Shown here: piece after piece, positions 19,646 through 30,169 of the stretch
Numbering within the stretch: the stretch's first letter is position 1
How the letters are laid out: each line of letters opens with the position of its first letter
NCBI GenBank assembly: GCA_965199955.1
Contig: CBDATQ010000001.1
Coordinates: 1,152,001-1,216,000 of the forward strand
DNA from: Spirochaetia bacterium
GTDB taxonomy: Bacteria; Spirochaetota; Spirochaetia; SZUA-6; Bin103
Direction: 5' to 3'
DNA length: 64,000 nucleotides
Notes under the pieces: generated by a model
The model's input: the letters and a program-made list of their open reading frames with translations, nothing else
What the model was told of the DNA's origin: nothing
Database searches by the model: none
Position numbers and translations under genes: made by a program

Positions 19646-20764
19646 ATGAAGATCACCGCCGTCGACCCCTTCGTCGTCGAGCTGCCGCATCCGCGGCCTT
19701 ACCGCAAGGCGTGGTCGCCGCCGCGGGCGCTGGAGCGGTCCCGGACGATGACGCTGGTCCGGGTCCGAACGGCGGAGGGGGCGGTCGGTTACGGGGCCAT
19801 GGGCGGCGACGCCCGCGATGCGGTGGCGGTGGTGACGCCGGCCCTGCTCGGCGCCGACAGCGCCTGGCTGCAGGCGCATGCGCCAGCAATCGAGGCGGCC
19901 GCCGCGTGGGCGGTGGACATGGCCCTGTGCGACCTGCTCGGCAAGGAAGCCGGCCAGCCGCTGGCGCGCCTGTGGGGGATCTGCCGGGACCGGATCCGGG
20001 CCTACGTCTCGCCGGTGGTCGGCAAGCCGGACGCCGAACTGGCCGACGACGCCGCGCGCTACCGAGAAGAGGGCTTCACGGCGATCAAGCTGCGCACGTC
20101 ACGGCCGAACATAGTCGAGGATATCGCCATGGTGCGGGCGGTTCGGGAGCGGGTCGGCGAGTCGATGGACATCCTGGTCGACGCCAACTTGGCGGGCGGG
20201 GTGGGACCGGGCTCGCCGCGGCCGGCCTGGGAATACCGCCGGGCGCGGGAGACAGCGCGCGAGCTGCACCAGCTCGGCGTGGGTTGGCTGGAGGAGCCGT
20301 TGCCGCGCGGCGACGTCGCGGCCATCGCCCGCCTGACCGGCGAGGCGGAGCTGGCGATCGCCGGCGGGGAAGGCGACCGTGGAACGGCCGCCTTCGCCCG
20401 GCTGCTCGATGCCGGCGCCTACGACGTACTGCAGCCCGACTCCGCGGCCAGCGCGCCGCTGTCGCAGATGCGCAAGATCGCCGCGGCCGCGGAGCTCGCC
20501 GGCCGCCGCTTCGTCCCGCACCACGGCGCGTGCGGCCTCGGCCTGGCCGCGCACCTGCAACTCTGTGCGACGCTGACCAACAGCCCGTATGTGGAGTACA
20601 TGATCGATCCGCCGTACCGCACCGTGGAGAGCTACCAGCAGCTCCACGGCATCATCCCGGAGCCGATCGGCATCGACGCGGACGGCATGGTCCGAGTGCC
20701 CTCGGGCCCCGGCCTGGGAGTCGAGATCGACGAGTCCAGGATCGAGCGCTACCGCGTCGCCTGA
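19646..20764 (+). CDS. Mandelate racemase/muconate lactonising enzyme family protein
   Basis: VDMALCDLLGK, IKLR, VDAN, WLEEP, GGE, QPD, PGLG. Confidence 0.88.
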   Translation: MKITAVDPFVVELPHPRPYRKAWSPPRALERSRTMTLVRVRTAEGAVGYGAMGGDARDAVAVVTPALLGADSAWLQAHAPAIEAAAAWAVDMALCDLLGKEAGQPLARLWGICRDRIRAYVSPVVGKPDAELADDAARYREEGFTAIKLRTSRPNIVEDIAMVRAVRERVGESMDILVDANLAGGVGPGSPRPAWEYRRARETARELHQLGVGWLEEPLPRGDVAAIARLTGEAELAIAGGEGDRGTAAFARLLDAGAYDVLQPDSAASAPLSQMRKIAAAAELAGRRFVPHHGACGLGLAAHLQLCATLTNSPYVEYMIDPPYRTVESYQQLHGIIPEPIGIDADGMVRVPSGPGLGVEIDESRIERYRVA

Positions 20765-20884
20765 GCGCGTTCGCCCCACAGCCGGAACGTGAAGCGGCCT
20801 CGATCGTAATGGTCGGGGAGCGACATGCCGTAGGCGCCGCGTGCACCCCTTCGGCCGCGCCGGCGTCGCCATCAATCAGGTAGG

Positions 20885-21112
20885 TCAGGCAGTTCGTCTC
20901 TCAAGCCGCGAGACCCAGCAATCGAAGTGCGGACACTCGGCGCGCATGGTTTCCAAGCCGATCTCCCGTGCGGCGAGCGCTCCCAAGCGCGGCTTCGTTG
21001 CCTGAGCGAAACGATTGGCGAGGTTGATCAGAGGACTGACATATTTCTCGTATGCTGGACGACTTCCCATGAGTCGTCCTCGTAAGTCGTGTGGCGTGAG
21101 CCTTACCTTCAT
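20885..21112 (-). pseudogene. Chimeric remnant: MjaI-like restriction endonuclease N-terminus fused to a DUF4276-like C-terminus
   Basis: KYVSPLINLANRFAQATKPR followed by G.LAA.EIGLETMRAECPHFDCWVSRLE. Only 75 aa; overlaps the MTase stop (ATGA). Confidence 0.7.
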
Positions 21113-22218
21113 GAAGTGCTCGCGAGCGGTAGCTCGATCTGAGCGGAACGAGTTGGCAGCGGTGCGGGTTCATGCTGGGCGGAGAACATTCCCGCCGACT
21201 CCGCCTCCGCCGCGCGGGGTACAGCGAACTGAAGGTCGGTCTCCTGGCTGGTTACGACGGCGAACCCGTAGTGACGGTTGACGTGCTTGCAGGGTCGTCC
21301 CGCCTCTTCCCGGGAGTGCACGAAGTCGAGATGGGCAGCCAGCCGTCGCTGCGCGTACTCGCGGCCCAGCGGAACGGCGGTCTCGATGGCGTTGCGTATG
21401 GGGCGTTCGAGCATGTCTTCGATCTCGAAACCCATGCTGGAGCGTCCGCTGGCGATGGCGGCGGCGGTGGTCATTCCCGTGCCGAGAAACGGGTCGAGCA
21501 CGGTGTCGCCGATCAGCGAGTGCATCTGGATGAGCCGATACGCCAGCTCGAACGGAAACGCGGCTCTCCGCGCGCGCGCTTCCCGGTCATCGACCTCCCA
21601 ATTGCCGAGTAGCTGCCTGGCTCCGACCAGATCGACCCACACGTCGGAGAACCAAACGTTGCGTTCCTCCCAGAAGAAGGCGCTGCGACGACGCCGTGCC
21701 TTGTCGGCGGCCGAGAACCGCCGAAGGCCGCCCTTGCGCACGATCAGGATGTATTCGTGCTCGTAGGTGACGTAGGCGCCCGCGGGCAGCATGCCGGAGC
21801 CCAGGAACTTGTTCGGCGCATTGGTCGGCTTGCGCCACAGGATGTCGGGCAGGATGGAGAAGCCCAGGCTGGCCATCTTCTGCAGGATGCGGCTGTGGTT
21901 GGAGAACAGGCGGAACTCGCCGCCGATCTTTCGGGTGGCGTCGCCGATGTTGATGCACGCCAGCCCTCCCGGACGGAGTATCCGGTGACACTCGCCCCAG
22001 ACCTCATCGAGCGCGGCGTGCATGAGCCGGAACGCGCGGCCTCCGTCCTCGTTGCTCAGCGCAGCGCCGATTACCGCGTCAACGGAAACGAATTGCTCGT
22101 CCCACATCTCGATCATCGGATACGGAGGCGAGGTCACGACCAAGTCGATCGTTTCGTCACCGACCGCGGACATGGACCGCGAGTCGGCGAAGTGGATCTC
22201 GTGCCAGGTTGCCTCCAT
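21109..22218 (-). CDS. Site-specific amino-DNA methyltransferase, beta class (probably m4C; M.MjaI-like)
   Basis: VTSPPY precedes DPFLGTG; WRKPTNAPNKF, FPFELAYRLI. Confidence 0.9.
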   Translation of the reverse strand: MEATWHEIHFADSRSMSAVGDETIDLVVTSPPYPMIEMWDEQFVSVDAVIGAALSNEDGGRAFRLMHAALDEVWGECHRILRPGGLACINIGDATRKIGGEFRLFSNHSRILQKMASLGFSILPDILWRKPTNAPNKFLGSGMLPAGAYVTYEHEYILIVRKGGLRRFSAADKARRRRSAFFWEERNVWFSDVWVDLVGARQLLGNWEVDDREARARRAAFPFELAYRLIQMHSLIGDTVLDPFLGTGMTTAAAIASGRSSMGFEIEDMLERPIRNAIETAVPLGREYAQRRLAAHLDFVHSREEAGRPCKHVNRHYGFAVVTSQETDLQFAVPRAAEAESAGMFSAQHEPAPLPTRSAQIELPLASTS

Positions 22219-22232
22219 GGCCTGCGAGAGGG

Positions 22233-23141
22233 TTACTTCCAGCCGCGTTCGCGGCAAAAGGCGTCCAGCCGCTCGAGGTGCGCGTCGTCCAGGTTGACCA
22301 TGGGCGGCCGGCGCCAGCGGGGCACGACGCCGAACACCTCCAGCACGGCGTGGAAACCTCCGTCGAAACCGCCCGGCAGTCCCATCAGGTAATCGAACAG
22401 TGGCCAGTCGTCCTGCTCGACGACACGGGCCGCCGCGGCCCAGTCACCGGCACAGACCGCGTTCCAGTAGCGGCGGCTCACCTCCGGCTGGAAGCTCACG
22501 AAACTGGACATGTAGCCGACGGCGCCGTAATGGACGAGATCGAGGTGCTGCTGCTTCTGGCCGCCGGCGAACACCGCCCAGCGCTCCCCGGCCATGGCGG
22601 TTATCTTGCGGGCCACCTCGCCCCCCATGTCGTCCTTGAGCGCCATGACGCCCTCGACCTGGTCCAGGAGCGCGGCGACGACCGACAGCGCGACGTCCGG
22701 CATGCCGCCCCAGACGTTGGTCACCAGCATGACCGGGATCTCAGCCGCGACCGCGCGGTAGTGCTCGACGAACTCCGCCTTGCCCGGCGGGCTCCACACC
22801 GGCGGCTTGACCATCAGCACGTCGATGCCGATCTCCCGGCAGTAGCGGGCGAACTCCACGGTCTTGCCCGTCCACCAGTCACTGTCGGCGGCGACGGTCA
22901 GGGCGCGGCCGCGGGCATGGTCGGCCACGGTCGCCGTGACCTCCGCGATCTCGTCGTCGGTCAGCACCGAGAACAGGCTGTCCCCCCAGGTGAGCAGCGC
23001 GGTCCTGCTCCCGCCGGCCAGATTGGCGTCAATCAGGGTGCGCAGGGCGTCGTGATCGACGGCGCCGTCACGGGTGAACGGGGTGGCAAGCGATGAAATC
23101 GGCCCGGTCAGGCCGGCGCGTACTTCGTCACGATCGATCAT
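22233..23141 (-). CDS. DapA/NAL-family aldolase-like protein
   Basis: TPFTRDGAVD, LTDDE, Schiff-base ALKDD, TIM-barrel length. Confidence 0.8.
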   Translation of the reverse strand: MIDRDEVRAGLTGPISSLATPFTRDGAVDHDALRTLIDANLAGGSRTALLTWGDSLFSVLTDDEIAEVTATVADHARGRALTVAADSDWWTGKTVEFARYCREIGIDVLMVKPPVWSPPGKAEFVEHYRAVAAEIPVMLVTNVWGGMPDVALSVVAALLDQVEGVMALKDDMGGEVARKITAMAGERWAVFAGGQKQQHLDLVHYGAVGYMSSFVSFQPEVSRRYWNAVCAGDWAAAARVVEQDDWPLFDYLMGLPGGFDGGFHAVLEVFGVVPRWRRPPMVNLDDAHLERLDAFCRERGWK

Positions 23142-23162
23142 CGGGTTCTCCCAGGAACTCTG

Positions 23163-23915
23163 TCATCGGGCATGGGCGAGCGGCTTGCCCATGCCGGGCG
23201 CGTGGGGCGGCTCCAGGATGCGGCGCTGCCGTTCGGTGACCGGCAGGTCCTCGGGGACGGGGTAGCTGGACGCCCACGATGCGCCGTGGTGGTGGTACTT
23301 GTAGAACAGCGTGCGCCGCTCGCCGGCTCCGGACCAGGGCAGCGCGCCGTGGGTCAGCGCCTCCGTGAACAGCACCGCCGTGCCGGCCGGCCCGGTCACG
23401 GCCTGGACGAACGGCGGCCGGCGGGCCAGGTCCTTCCAATCGTCCGGGAACGGGTAGTTGCTCTTGTGACTGCCCGGCACGCAGCCAAAGCCGCCATCTT
23501 CCGGTCCGACGTCGGCCAGGTTGTAGGCGGCGACGAACAGCCCGCTGTACATGCGGCCGTTGCGGAAGTCGTAGGACATGATCGGATTGTAGGGCGTGCC
23601 GCCGCCGTGCAGCGTCGCGCCGATCGGGCTGAGCCCGCTGCGGATCACGTCCAGATAGATGTGGTCCAGGCGGAACCCCTCTCCCAGGATCTCGCGCAAG
23701 CAGGGCTCGACCCTGGGGTTGTCGATGACGTCCAGGAACGGCTGCCCCCAGCGCAGCATGTCACCGAAGCGATGCGTCGGATCGTTCGCGGTCATCTCGG
23801 CCGCGACACGTTCATCCAGGAGCGCGTTCATCGACTGGATCTGATCGGCATCGAGCGCGTCCGGGATCGTCAGGTAGCCCTGCAGATCGAACAGGTATCG
23901 GTCGTGGTCCGTCAT
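23163..23915 (-). CDS. Phytanoyl-CoA dioxygenase (PhyH) family protein
   Basis: FDLQGYL, LHGG, DGGFGCVPGSHK, FTEALTHG, RR. Confidence 0.85.
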   Translation of the reverse strand: MTDHDRYLFDLQGYLTIPDALDADQIQSMNALLDERVAAEMTANDPTHRFGDMLRWGQPFLDVIDNPRVEPCLREILGEGFRLDHIYLDVIRSGLSPIGATLHGGGTPYNPIMSYDFRNGRMYSGLFVAAYNLADVGPEDGGFGCVPGSHKSNYPFPDDWKDLARRPPFVQAVTGPAGTAVLFTEALTHGALPWSGAGERRTLFYKYHHHGASWASSYPVPEDLPVTERQRRILEPPHAPGMGKPLAHAR

Positions 23916-23948
23916 GTCGCTTCACCCACGGTCCCGTGTGTCGCCAGC

Positions 23949-24690
23949 CTACCAGCGCCACTGCATCTCCAGCCACCGGGCGACAGCATCGTCAGCGTTG
24001 GAGCCGATGACGGCGGTGGCGTGCACGAGGAGCTCAGGAGCGGCGCCGGCGACCGCGTACGCTTCGTCGGCCATGCGGAACATGCCGATGTCGTTGACGT
24101 GATCCCCAAATACGACCAGGCGGCAATCCCCGAAGTTCCGCAGGTGCTTGACGCCGACGATGCCCCCGATCCTTGGTGGCGCGGGCGTCGTGCACGGCCA
24201 GCACGTACCAGTGGGGGGCGAACTCCTTGTGACAGTGGATGTCGATCGAGCCGCCGTGGCGCCGTCGCGTCTCGCGCTCAACGTGCCGAACCCGAGGCAG
24301 GGTATCGATGGTGGTGAGGCAGACCACCTCATCCTCGAGCCCGCGGGTCAAGTGGTCGATGGATGTCAGCCGCGGATCGGCCACCCGTTGCCGGTCGTGA
24401 AGAAACCGTCTCATGCCGTCGTTGCGCAGGATGGCGTCGTTGTAGTAGAGGCGATCGACCGCGTCGTCGAAAGTCATCAGGAACGGACGGCATCCGGCGT
24501 CGTCCAGCAGCGACCACAGGTCGCGTGCGACAGCGGGAGGCAGCGCCTGGATCGCCAGATGACGGCCTGAGGCGAGGTCGGAAACGAACGCTCCGTTTTG
24601 GTTGATGACCGGAAGCGAGAGCCGTAGCCCCTCGAGCGTGTTCCGGATGGGACCGCACCCGCGGGCGCTCGCCACCGTGAAGGGCATGCC
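23949..24690 (-). pseudogene. Cof-type HAD hydrolase, N-terminally truncated and frameshifted
   Basis: FTVASAR, NQNGA, ATK, FGDHVND. DxDGT motif absent; frameshift near 24170. Confidence 0.75.
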
Positions 24691-25965
24691 CTCGCCGCGA
24701 GCGGTTCATGCGGCGCTGCGACTGCACCAGGCCGTGGTAGATGCCGCCGGCGGCCATCAGCTCGGCGTGGGTGCCGACCTCGGCGAGCCGGCCCTTGTCC
24801 AGCACCACCAGGCGGTCGGCGTTGCGCAAGGTGGCTAGCCGGTGGGCGATCGCGAAGGTGGTGCGCCCGCGCATCAGGGCGAACAGGCCCTCCTGGATCA
24901 TCTCTTCGGTCTCGCTGTCGACGGCCCGCGGTCGCCTCGTCCAGGATCAGGATGCGGGGGTCGTGCAGGATGGCGCGCGCGATCGCGACCCGCTGGCGCT
25001 CGCCGCCGGAGAGCCGCTGCCCGCGCTCGCCCACCACGGTGTCGTAGCCGTCGGCGAAGGCGCAGATGAAGTCGTGGGCGCCGGCGACCTTGGCGGCGTC
25101 GACGATCTGCCGCCAGGTCGCGTCCGGCTTGGCGTAGACGATGTTCTCCACGATGGTGCCGGCGAACAGGAAGGTCTCCTGCAGGACCACGCCGATCTGG
25201 CGGTGCAGGTCGCGCTGCTCGATGTCGCGCAGGTCGACGGCGTCTATCAGGATCCGCCCCTCGTCCGGGTCGTACAGACGCATCAAGAGGTTGATGAGGG
25301 CGGTCTTGCCGGCGCCGGAGTGGCCGACGATGCCGATCATCTCGCCCGGATCCACCTGCAGGCAGATTTCCTCCAGCACCGGCTCGTGGCTCTGGTAGCC
25401 GAACACCACCCACTCGAACCGGACCGTTCCGTCGATCGACAGGCGCCTGGAGCTGGCCGAATCGGCGACCGCTGGCGGCTCGTCGATGATCTCGAACACG
25501 CGCTCGGCGGCGCTCATCGACTCGGCGAATTGCCGGGGGAGGCCGGCGATCATGGCCAGCGGGCCGTAGAGATCATCGCGTACTGGACGAACTGCACCAG
25601 CTCGCCCACCTTCATCTCCGCCCCCAGGACCAGGTAGCCGTCGGCCAGGAACTCCCCGAAGCGCATGACGAAGGTCCAGGTCGGTGTCAGGACGGCCCAG
25701 GTCCGCTCATTGCGCAGGGTGACGTCGCGCAGCTCGGCGGAGCGCTGCCGGAAGCGGCCGACCTCCGACCGCTCGCGGCGGAACAGCGTCCGCACGTGCT
25801 TCCATACGCTGTGCGTCAGCACGACCACCACAGGCATCGGGACCAGCACCAGCACCGCCAGGCGCCACTCGCGCAGGAAGAGGATCACGGCCACGCCGAT
25901 CAGCGTGAGCACCTGAGCGAGGCTGTCGGTGAGCCAGAAGTTGATGAAGGTCTGGATCCTTGCGG
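24691..25965 (-). pseudogene. ABC exporter (TMD-NBD) fragment 2
   Basis: GHSGAGKT, LSGGERQR, LDEAT, IAHRL. Frameshifts near 25560 and 24930; most of the TMD is missing. Confidence 0.8.
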
Positions 25966-25988
25966 GTGTCCCTGCTGACACGGTTGAG

Positions 25989-26197
25989 ACGTTGTTCTTG
26001 CCGCTCTGCACCGTGAAGCGGCGCCATCCGGCGCCGGTGTCCACGGTCCAGTAGGAGTAGCCGAATTCCTCCTTGAGTGACTCGACCCGTTCGATCAGCG
26101 GCGTGAAGTAGCGGCGGTCGAGCTCGTCCCGGAGGAGCGCCGCCTGCGCCGGCGCCAGGTCCTCGAGCGACTCGACGATGCCGATCTCGTGTCCTTC
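25989..26197 (-). pseudogene. DUF1854-family fragment
   Basis: EIGIVESLEDL..LLRDELDRRYFTPLIERVESLKEEFGYSYWTVDT with no start or stop of its own. Confidence 0.7.
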
Positions 26198-27625
26198 GCG
26201 CCAGGCGGTGCGCCATGCGCAGGGTGGACAGCCGGTGAGTGATGGCGGTCGTCGTGCGGCCCCGGATCAGCCGTTCCAGGGCGAGCTGGATCATCTCCTC
26301 GGTCTCGGAATCGACCGAGGAGGTGGCTTCGTCCAGGATCAGGATGCGCGGATCGATCAGCACGGCGCGGGCGATCGACAGCCGTTGCCGCTCCCCGCCC
26401 GACAGGCCGTGGCCGCGGGGCCCGCCCCGGGTGTCGTAGCCGTCCGGTATCCGGGCGATGAAGTCGTGGGCGAACGCGGCCTTGGCGGCGGCGACGATCT
26501 GGGCGTGGGTGGCGTCCGGACGGCCGTAGGCGAGGTTCCCGGAGACCGTGCCATCGAACAGGTAGGGATCCTGCAGGATGATGCCCACCTGGCGGCGCAG
26601 GTCGGCGATGCGCAGGTCGCGCACGTCGATGCCGTCGATCAGCACGCGGCCCGATTCGGTGTCGTACAGCCGGGTGATCAGGTTGATCAGCGCCGACTTG
26701 CCGGCGCCAGTGTGGCCGATCAGGCCGAGCACTTCGCCTGCGCCGACGGTCAGATCGATATCGTGCAGCACCGGCTTGTTGGGCTCGCGAAGGTGACGCC
26801 GCGCAATTCGACCGCGCCGTGCATGTGCGGCAGCGCCACCGGGTCGCTGCGCTCGGCGACTTCCGGCACCGCGTCGACCACCTCGAAGATGCGGTGCGCG
26901 GAGTTCATGGCCATCGACCAGAACTCGACCACCATCGTCATGAAGCGCATCGGCTCGTACAGCAGGGCCGAGTAGGTGGCGAACGTGATCAGTACCCCAA
27001 GCGTGAGGGATCCGCCGATCACCTGCCAACCGACTGCCGCCCAGACGATCAAGCCGCCGATCTGGGTCAGGAGGCGACGGGCGGGAACAGGCTGGCGAGT
27101 GCCCGTTGCGTGCGCAGCTCCGAGCCGCGCACCTCGTCGTTGGCCGGCGTGAACCGCTCGATCTCCTGCTGCTCCTGGCCGAACGCCTTGACCGCGCGCA
27201 CTCCGCTGAGCGAGTCGTCGACCACGCCCTTCTGGAGCGCCGCGACGGGGCCGGCGAAGGCGCCGAACTGTCGCGCGCGGCTGTTGCTGAAGCGCAGCAG
27301 CAGCCGTTCGGCCGTCTCCGCCGGGGGGACTTCCGCGTCCGCGCCGTTCGGGCCGCCGCCGTCCGGCGGACGGCTGACCGGGCCGGCGGTGAGCAGTCCT
27401 CCCGAGACCAGGCTCTCCACCTGCACGGGGCCGATGCGGTCGAGCGCCAGGCTGTCGATGCCACCGGCGGTGACGATGTGCAGGGAGTCGGGCGGCGACG
27501 GCCCAGTCCTCGCCGTAGCGGCCGTCCAGGCACAGGTCGGAACTGACCGCGTGGAGGATCTCCCGGCCGGCAACGCCGGCGGCGGACAGCCGCTCCGTGA
27601 TGGACTCGGGAAGCTCGGGTTTCAT
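26198..27625 (-). pseudogene. ABC exporter (TMD-NBD) fragment 1
   Basis: LSGVRAVKAFGQE, GHTGAGKS, LSGGERQRL, LDEATSSVD spread over several frames; TMD largely deleted. Confidence 0.8.
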
Positions 27626-27652
27626 GGGGCGCAAACCCCCATCATACGATGT

Positions 27653-28675
27653 CTACGGTACCGAACGGACCGCGTCGACGAAGCTGTCAATGAACTCCCT
27701 GGTCGTGTCCCACGTGGTCATCAGGCGCGCGACGCCCTGATCCTTGTCGAACACGTAGTAGGGAAAGCGGCCGATGGTCGCTTCGATGACCTCCGGCCGC
27801 AGGCGCACGAAGACGCCGTTGGCCTCGACCGGGTGCAGGATCTCCACGCTGGTCTCCGCGCGCAGGCGCGCGGCCAGGTGCGCGGCCATGGCGTTGGCGT
27901 GCGCGGCGTTGCGGTGCCAGAGATCGCCTTCGAGCAGCGCGCTGAACTGCGCGGACACGAAGCGCATCTTGGACAGGAGCTGCAGACCCTGCATGCGCAC
28001 GTAGTCCAGGTGGGCCAGCGGCGTGAAGGCGACCACCGCCTCGCCCATCAGCAGCCCGTTCTTGGTGCCGCCGAAGGACAGCAGGTCGACGCCGAGGTCG
28101 CGGGTGCACTCGCGCAGCCCCATGCCCAGGCTGACGGCGGCGTTGGCGATGCGGGCGCCGTCGACGTGCAGCAGCAGCCCGTGCGCGTGGGCCAGGGCGG
28201 CGACCTCCTCGATCTCGGCCGGCGTGTACACGGTGACCACCTCCGTGGCCTGCGTGATGGAGATCAGGCGCGGCCGGCTGGCGTGCACGTCGGGCTCGGC
28301 GGTCACCAGGCGCCGCACCGCGTCCAGGTCGATCTTGCCGTGCACGTGCGGGACCTCCAGCACCTTGCAGCCGACCAAGCGCTCGATCGCCCCGCACTCC
28401 GCCCACGCCAGGTGCGCGACCGAGGTGGCGATCACCGCCTCGTAGGGCTGGCAGCAGCCCGCCGCCGTCACCACGTTGGCGGCGCTGCCGGTGACCACCG
28501 ACAGGACCTGCACGCCGTCGCCGAAGTGGCGGGCGAACGCCGCTTCGGCGCGGCGCGTGTGTTCGTCCTCTCCGTATCCCAGGGCGTGCCCGTGGTTGGC
28601 CGCCCCGATCGCGGCCAGTACCTCGGGATGGGCTCCGGAGCTGTTGTCGCTGTAGAAGGAAAGAGAGCCGCTCAC
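27653..28675 (-). CDS. ltaE: Low-specificity L-threonine aldolase family PLP enzyme
   Basis: SDNSSG, TGSAAN, HVDGARIANA, SFGGTKNG. Confidence 0.85.
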   Translation of the reverse strand: MSGSLSFYSDNSSGAHPEVLAAIGAANHGHALGYGEDEHTRRAEAAFARHFGDGVQVLSVVTGSAANVVTAAGCCQPYEAVIATSVAHLAWAECGAIERLVGCKVLEVPHVHGKIDLDAVRRLVTAEPDVHASRPRLISITQATEVVTVYTPAEIEEVAALAHAHGLLLHVDGARIANAAVSLGMGLRECTRDLGVDLLSFGGTKNGLLMGEAVVAFTPLAHLDYVRMQGLQLLSKMRFVSAQFSALLEGDLWHRNAAHANAMAAHLAARLRAETSVEILHPVEANGVFVRLRPEVIEATIGRFPYYVFDKDQGVARLMTTWDTTREFIDSFVDAVRSVP

Positions 28676-29448
28676 GCCGGGAACACCTCCACCTCGCCGC
28701 GGTCGATCCTGCTGCCCATCAGCACCGTCATGAAGCCGCCCTCCGGGATCGAGTCGCCGTCCGCGTCCAGGCCGCCCTCCTCGACGATCAGCAGCAGCGG
28801 GTTAGGGATGTCGGCGCGGGTCTCGTACTCGGCCAGGATCACGGGGATGCGCTTGCCGTCGCGGTCGGCGTAGTCGCCGTACAGGGCACGGTCGTGGCCG
28901 ACGAATTCCGCCTCGACCTCACTGCCGTCGGCGTCCACAAGGGGAGGCGCGGCCGGATAGCGCGCGAACTCGAGCTCGGCCGGGACGAACCGGTTCGGGT
29001 CCGGGGGCTCGGCGAAGAGCCAAGCGCCTCCGGCGTCGATCACCGCCGCCCGCGACCCCGGCGCCAGCCCCTCGGCGATGAAGTAGGCGCGCAACTCCAG
29101 GGCGTCGCCGTGGATGACTACCAGCAGGAATTCGATGGTATCGGCGCTGGTGAGATCGAACAGCAGGTACTCGGCGATGACGGTGCCGGCCGTGGAACGC
29201 ACCTCGATGGCGCGCTTGTCAGCGATCTGGAAGTCGAGCCCGTCGGTTGCCAGGCCGCGCTGTGCCGCGTCCGCCATGGCCTGAAAGTCACGCAGGGTCA
29301 CCGCGCCGCCGCGCAACTGCCGCCAGAAGCGCGGATCGGCGGTCGAAGTCGCCCTCGCTTCCGGCTCGGCCCGGGATCTGCGTGCGAACAGCCCGCCCAG
29401 CAACCCGCGCCCCCGGTTGCCGGCGCCCGGCGCGGTACGCCCGCTCAT
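28672..29448 (-). CDS. Hypothetical soluble protein (acidic, beta-rich)
   Basis: Coherent ORF, co-oriented and translationally coupled to ltaE. Confidence 0.65.
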   Translation of the reverse strand: MSGRTAPGAGNRGRGLLGGLFARRSRAEPEARATSTADPRFWRQLRGGAVTLRDFQAMADAAQRGLATDGLDFQIADKRAIEVRSTAGTVIAEYLLFDLTSADTIEFLLVVIHGDALELRAYFIAEGLAPGSRAAVIDAGGAWLFAEPPDPNRFVPAELEFARYPAAPPLVDADGSEVEAEFVGHDRALYGDYADRDGKRIPVILAEYETRADIPNPLLLIVEEGGLDADGDSIPEGGFMTVLMGSRIDRGEVEVFPA

Positions 29449-29476
29449 GCTCGGCCGTTCCGCATTCGGCGTGCGT

Positions 29477-30169
29477 TCAGTAGCGGCGGCTGGCCGAACG
29501 CAGCAGCACCCACAGGACGCCGGCTATCAGCAGGATCAGGATCAGCCCGGTGAAGAAGCCGCCGCCTCCTCCGTAGTAGGTGCCGGGGGCGCCGCCGTAG
29601 TAGTAGCCGCCGCGGCTCATGAGGATGCTCATCATGGCGGCATCGGTCATCGCGTCGTACAGGATCCAGGTGCCCAGGGTCGGGTGCAGGTAGCCGTAGC
29701 CGCCGAGGCCGGCGTTGTAGGTGACGTTGACGTTGCGGCCGTCCACCCGCGTGCTCTGTGGGATGTGGCTGGGCCGGGTGGACGGCTGCGTGGCGTAGCG
29801 GGACGGGAACTGGCCGGCGTTGCGCTGCCGGAAGGCGGACTCGGCCTGTGAGCGATTCTGGAAGGTGGTGCCGGCGGCACGGGAACGCTCGTACTGGGAG
29901 CGGCTGACACCTGAGGTATTGGAGCGCGACGACACGCCGCGCGTGCCGGACAGGGTGCTGCGAGTCGTGGACGTGCGGCTGCTCGATCCGAATGCGGAGC
30001 GGGTTGAGCGGGACGAGAAGGACCGCGAGGAGCCGAGGCTGGAGAACGAACGACCGCCCGAGAAGCCGCCCATGCGGCGTGCGAAGGCATCGTCGGCCAC
30101 CAGCAGCAGGATGCTCGCGATCGCAATGGCGCAGGCGACCTTGCCGGCGGCCGGGCGAGGGCGTATCAC
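29477..30169 (-). CDS. Gly/Ser/Arg-rich exported or membrane-anchored protein
   Basis: Signal peptide (AFA-R), GGFSGGRSFSS tract, C-terminal TM helix. Confidence 0.7.
   Translation of the reverse strand: MIRPRPAAGKVACAIAIASILLLVADDAFARRMGGFSGGRSFSSLGSSRSFSSRSTRSAFGSSSRTSTTRSTLSGTRGVSSRSNTSGVSRSQYERSRAAGTTFQNRSQAESAFRQRNAGQFPSRYATQPSTRPSHIPQSTRVDGRNVNVTYNAGLGGYGYLHPTLGTWILYDAMTDAAMMSILMSRGGYYYGGAPGTYYGGGGGFFTGLILILLIAGVLWVLLRSASRRY

Noticed and set aside
26819..28873. 684-aa plus-strand ORF and other long antisense ORFs (e.g. 1213-3282, 41743-43815, 47172-49004)
   Set aside because: They overlap well-supported genes on the opposite strand and carry no recognisable domains.
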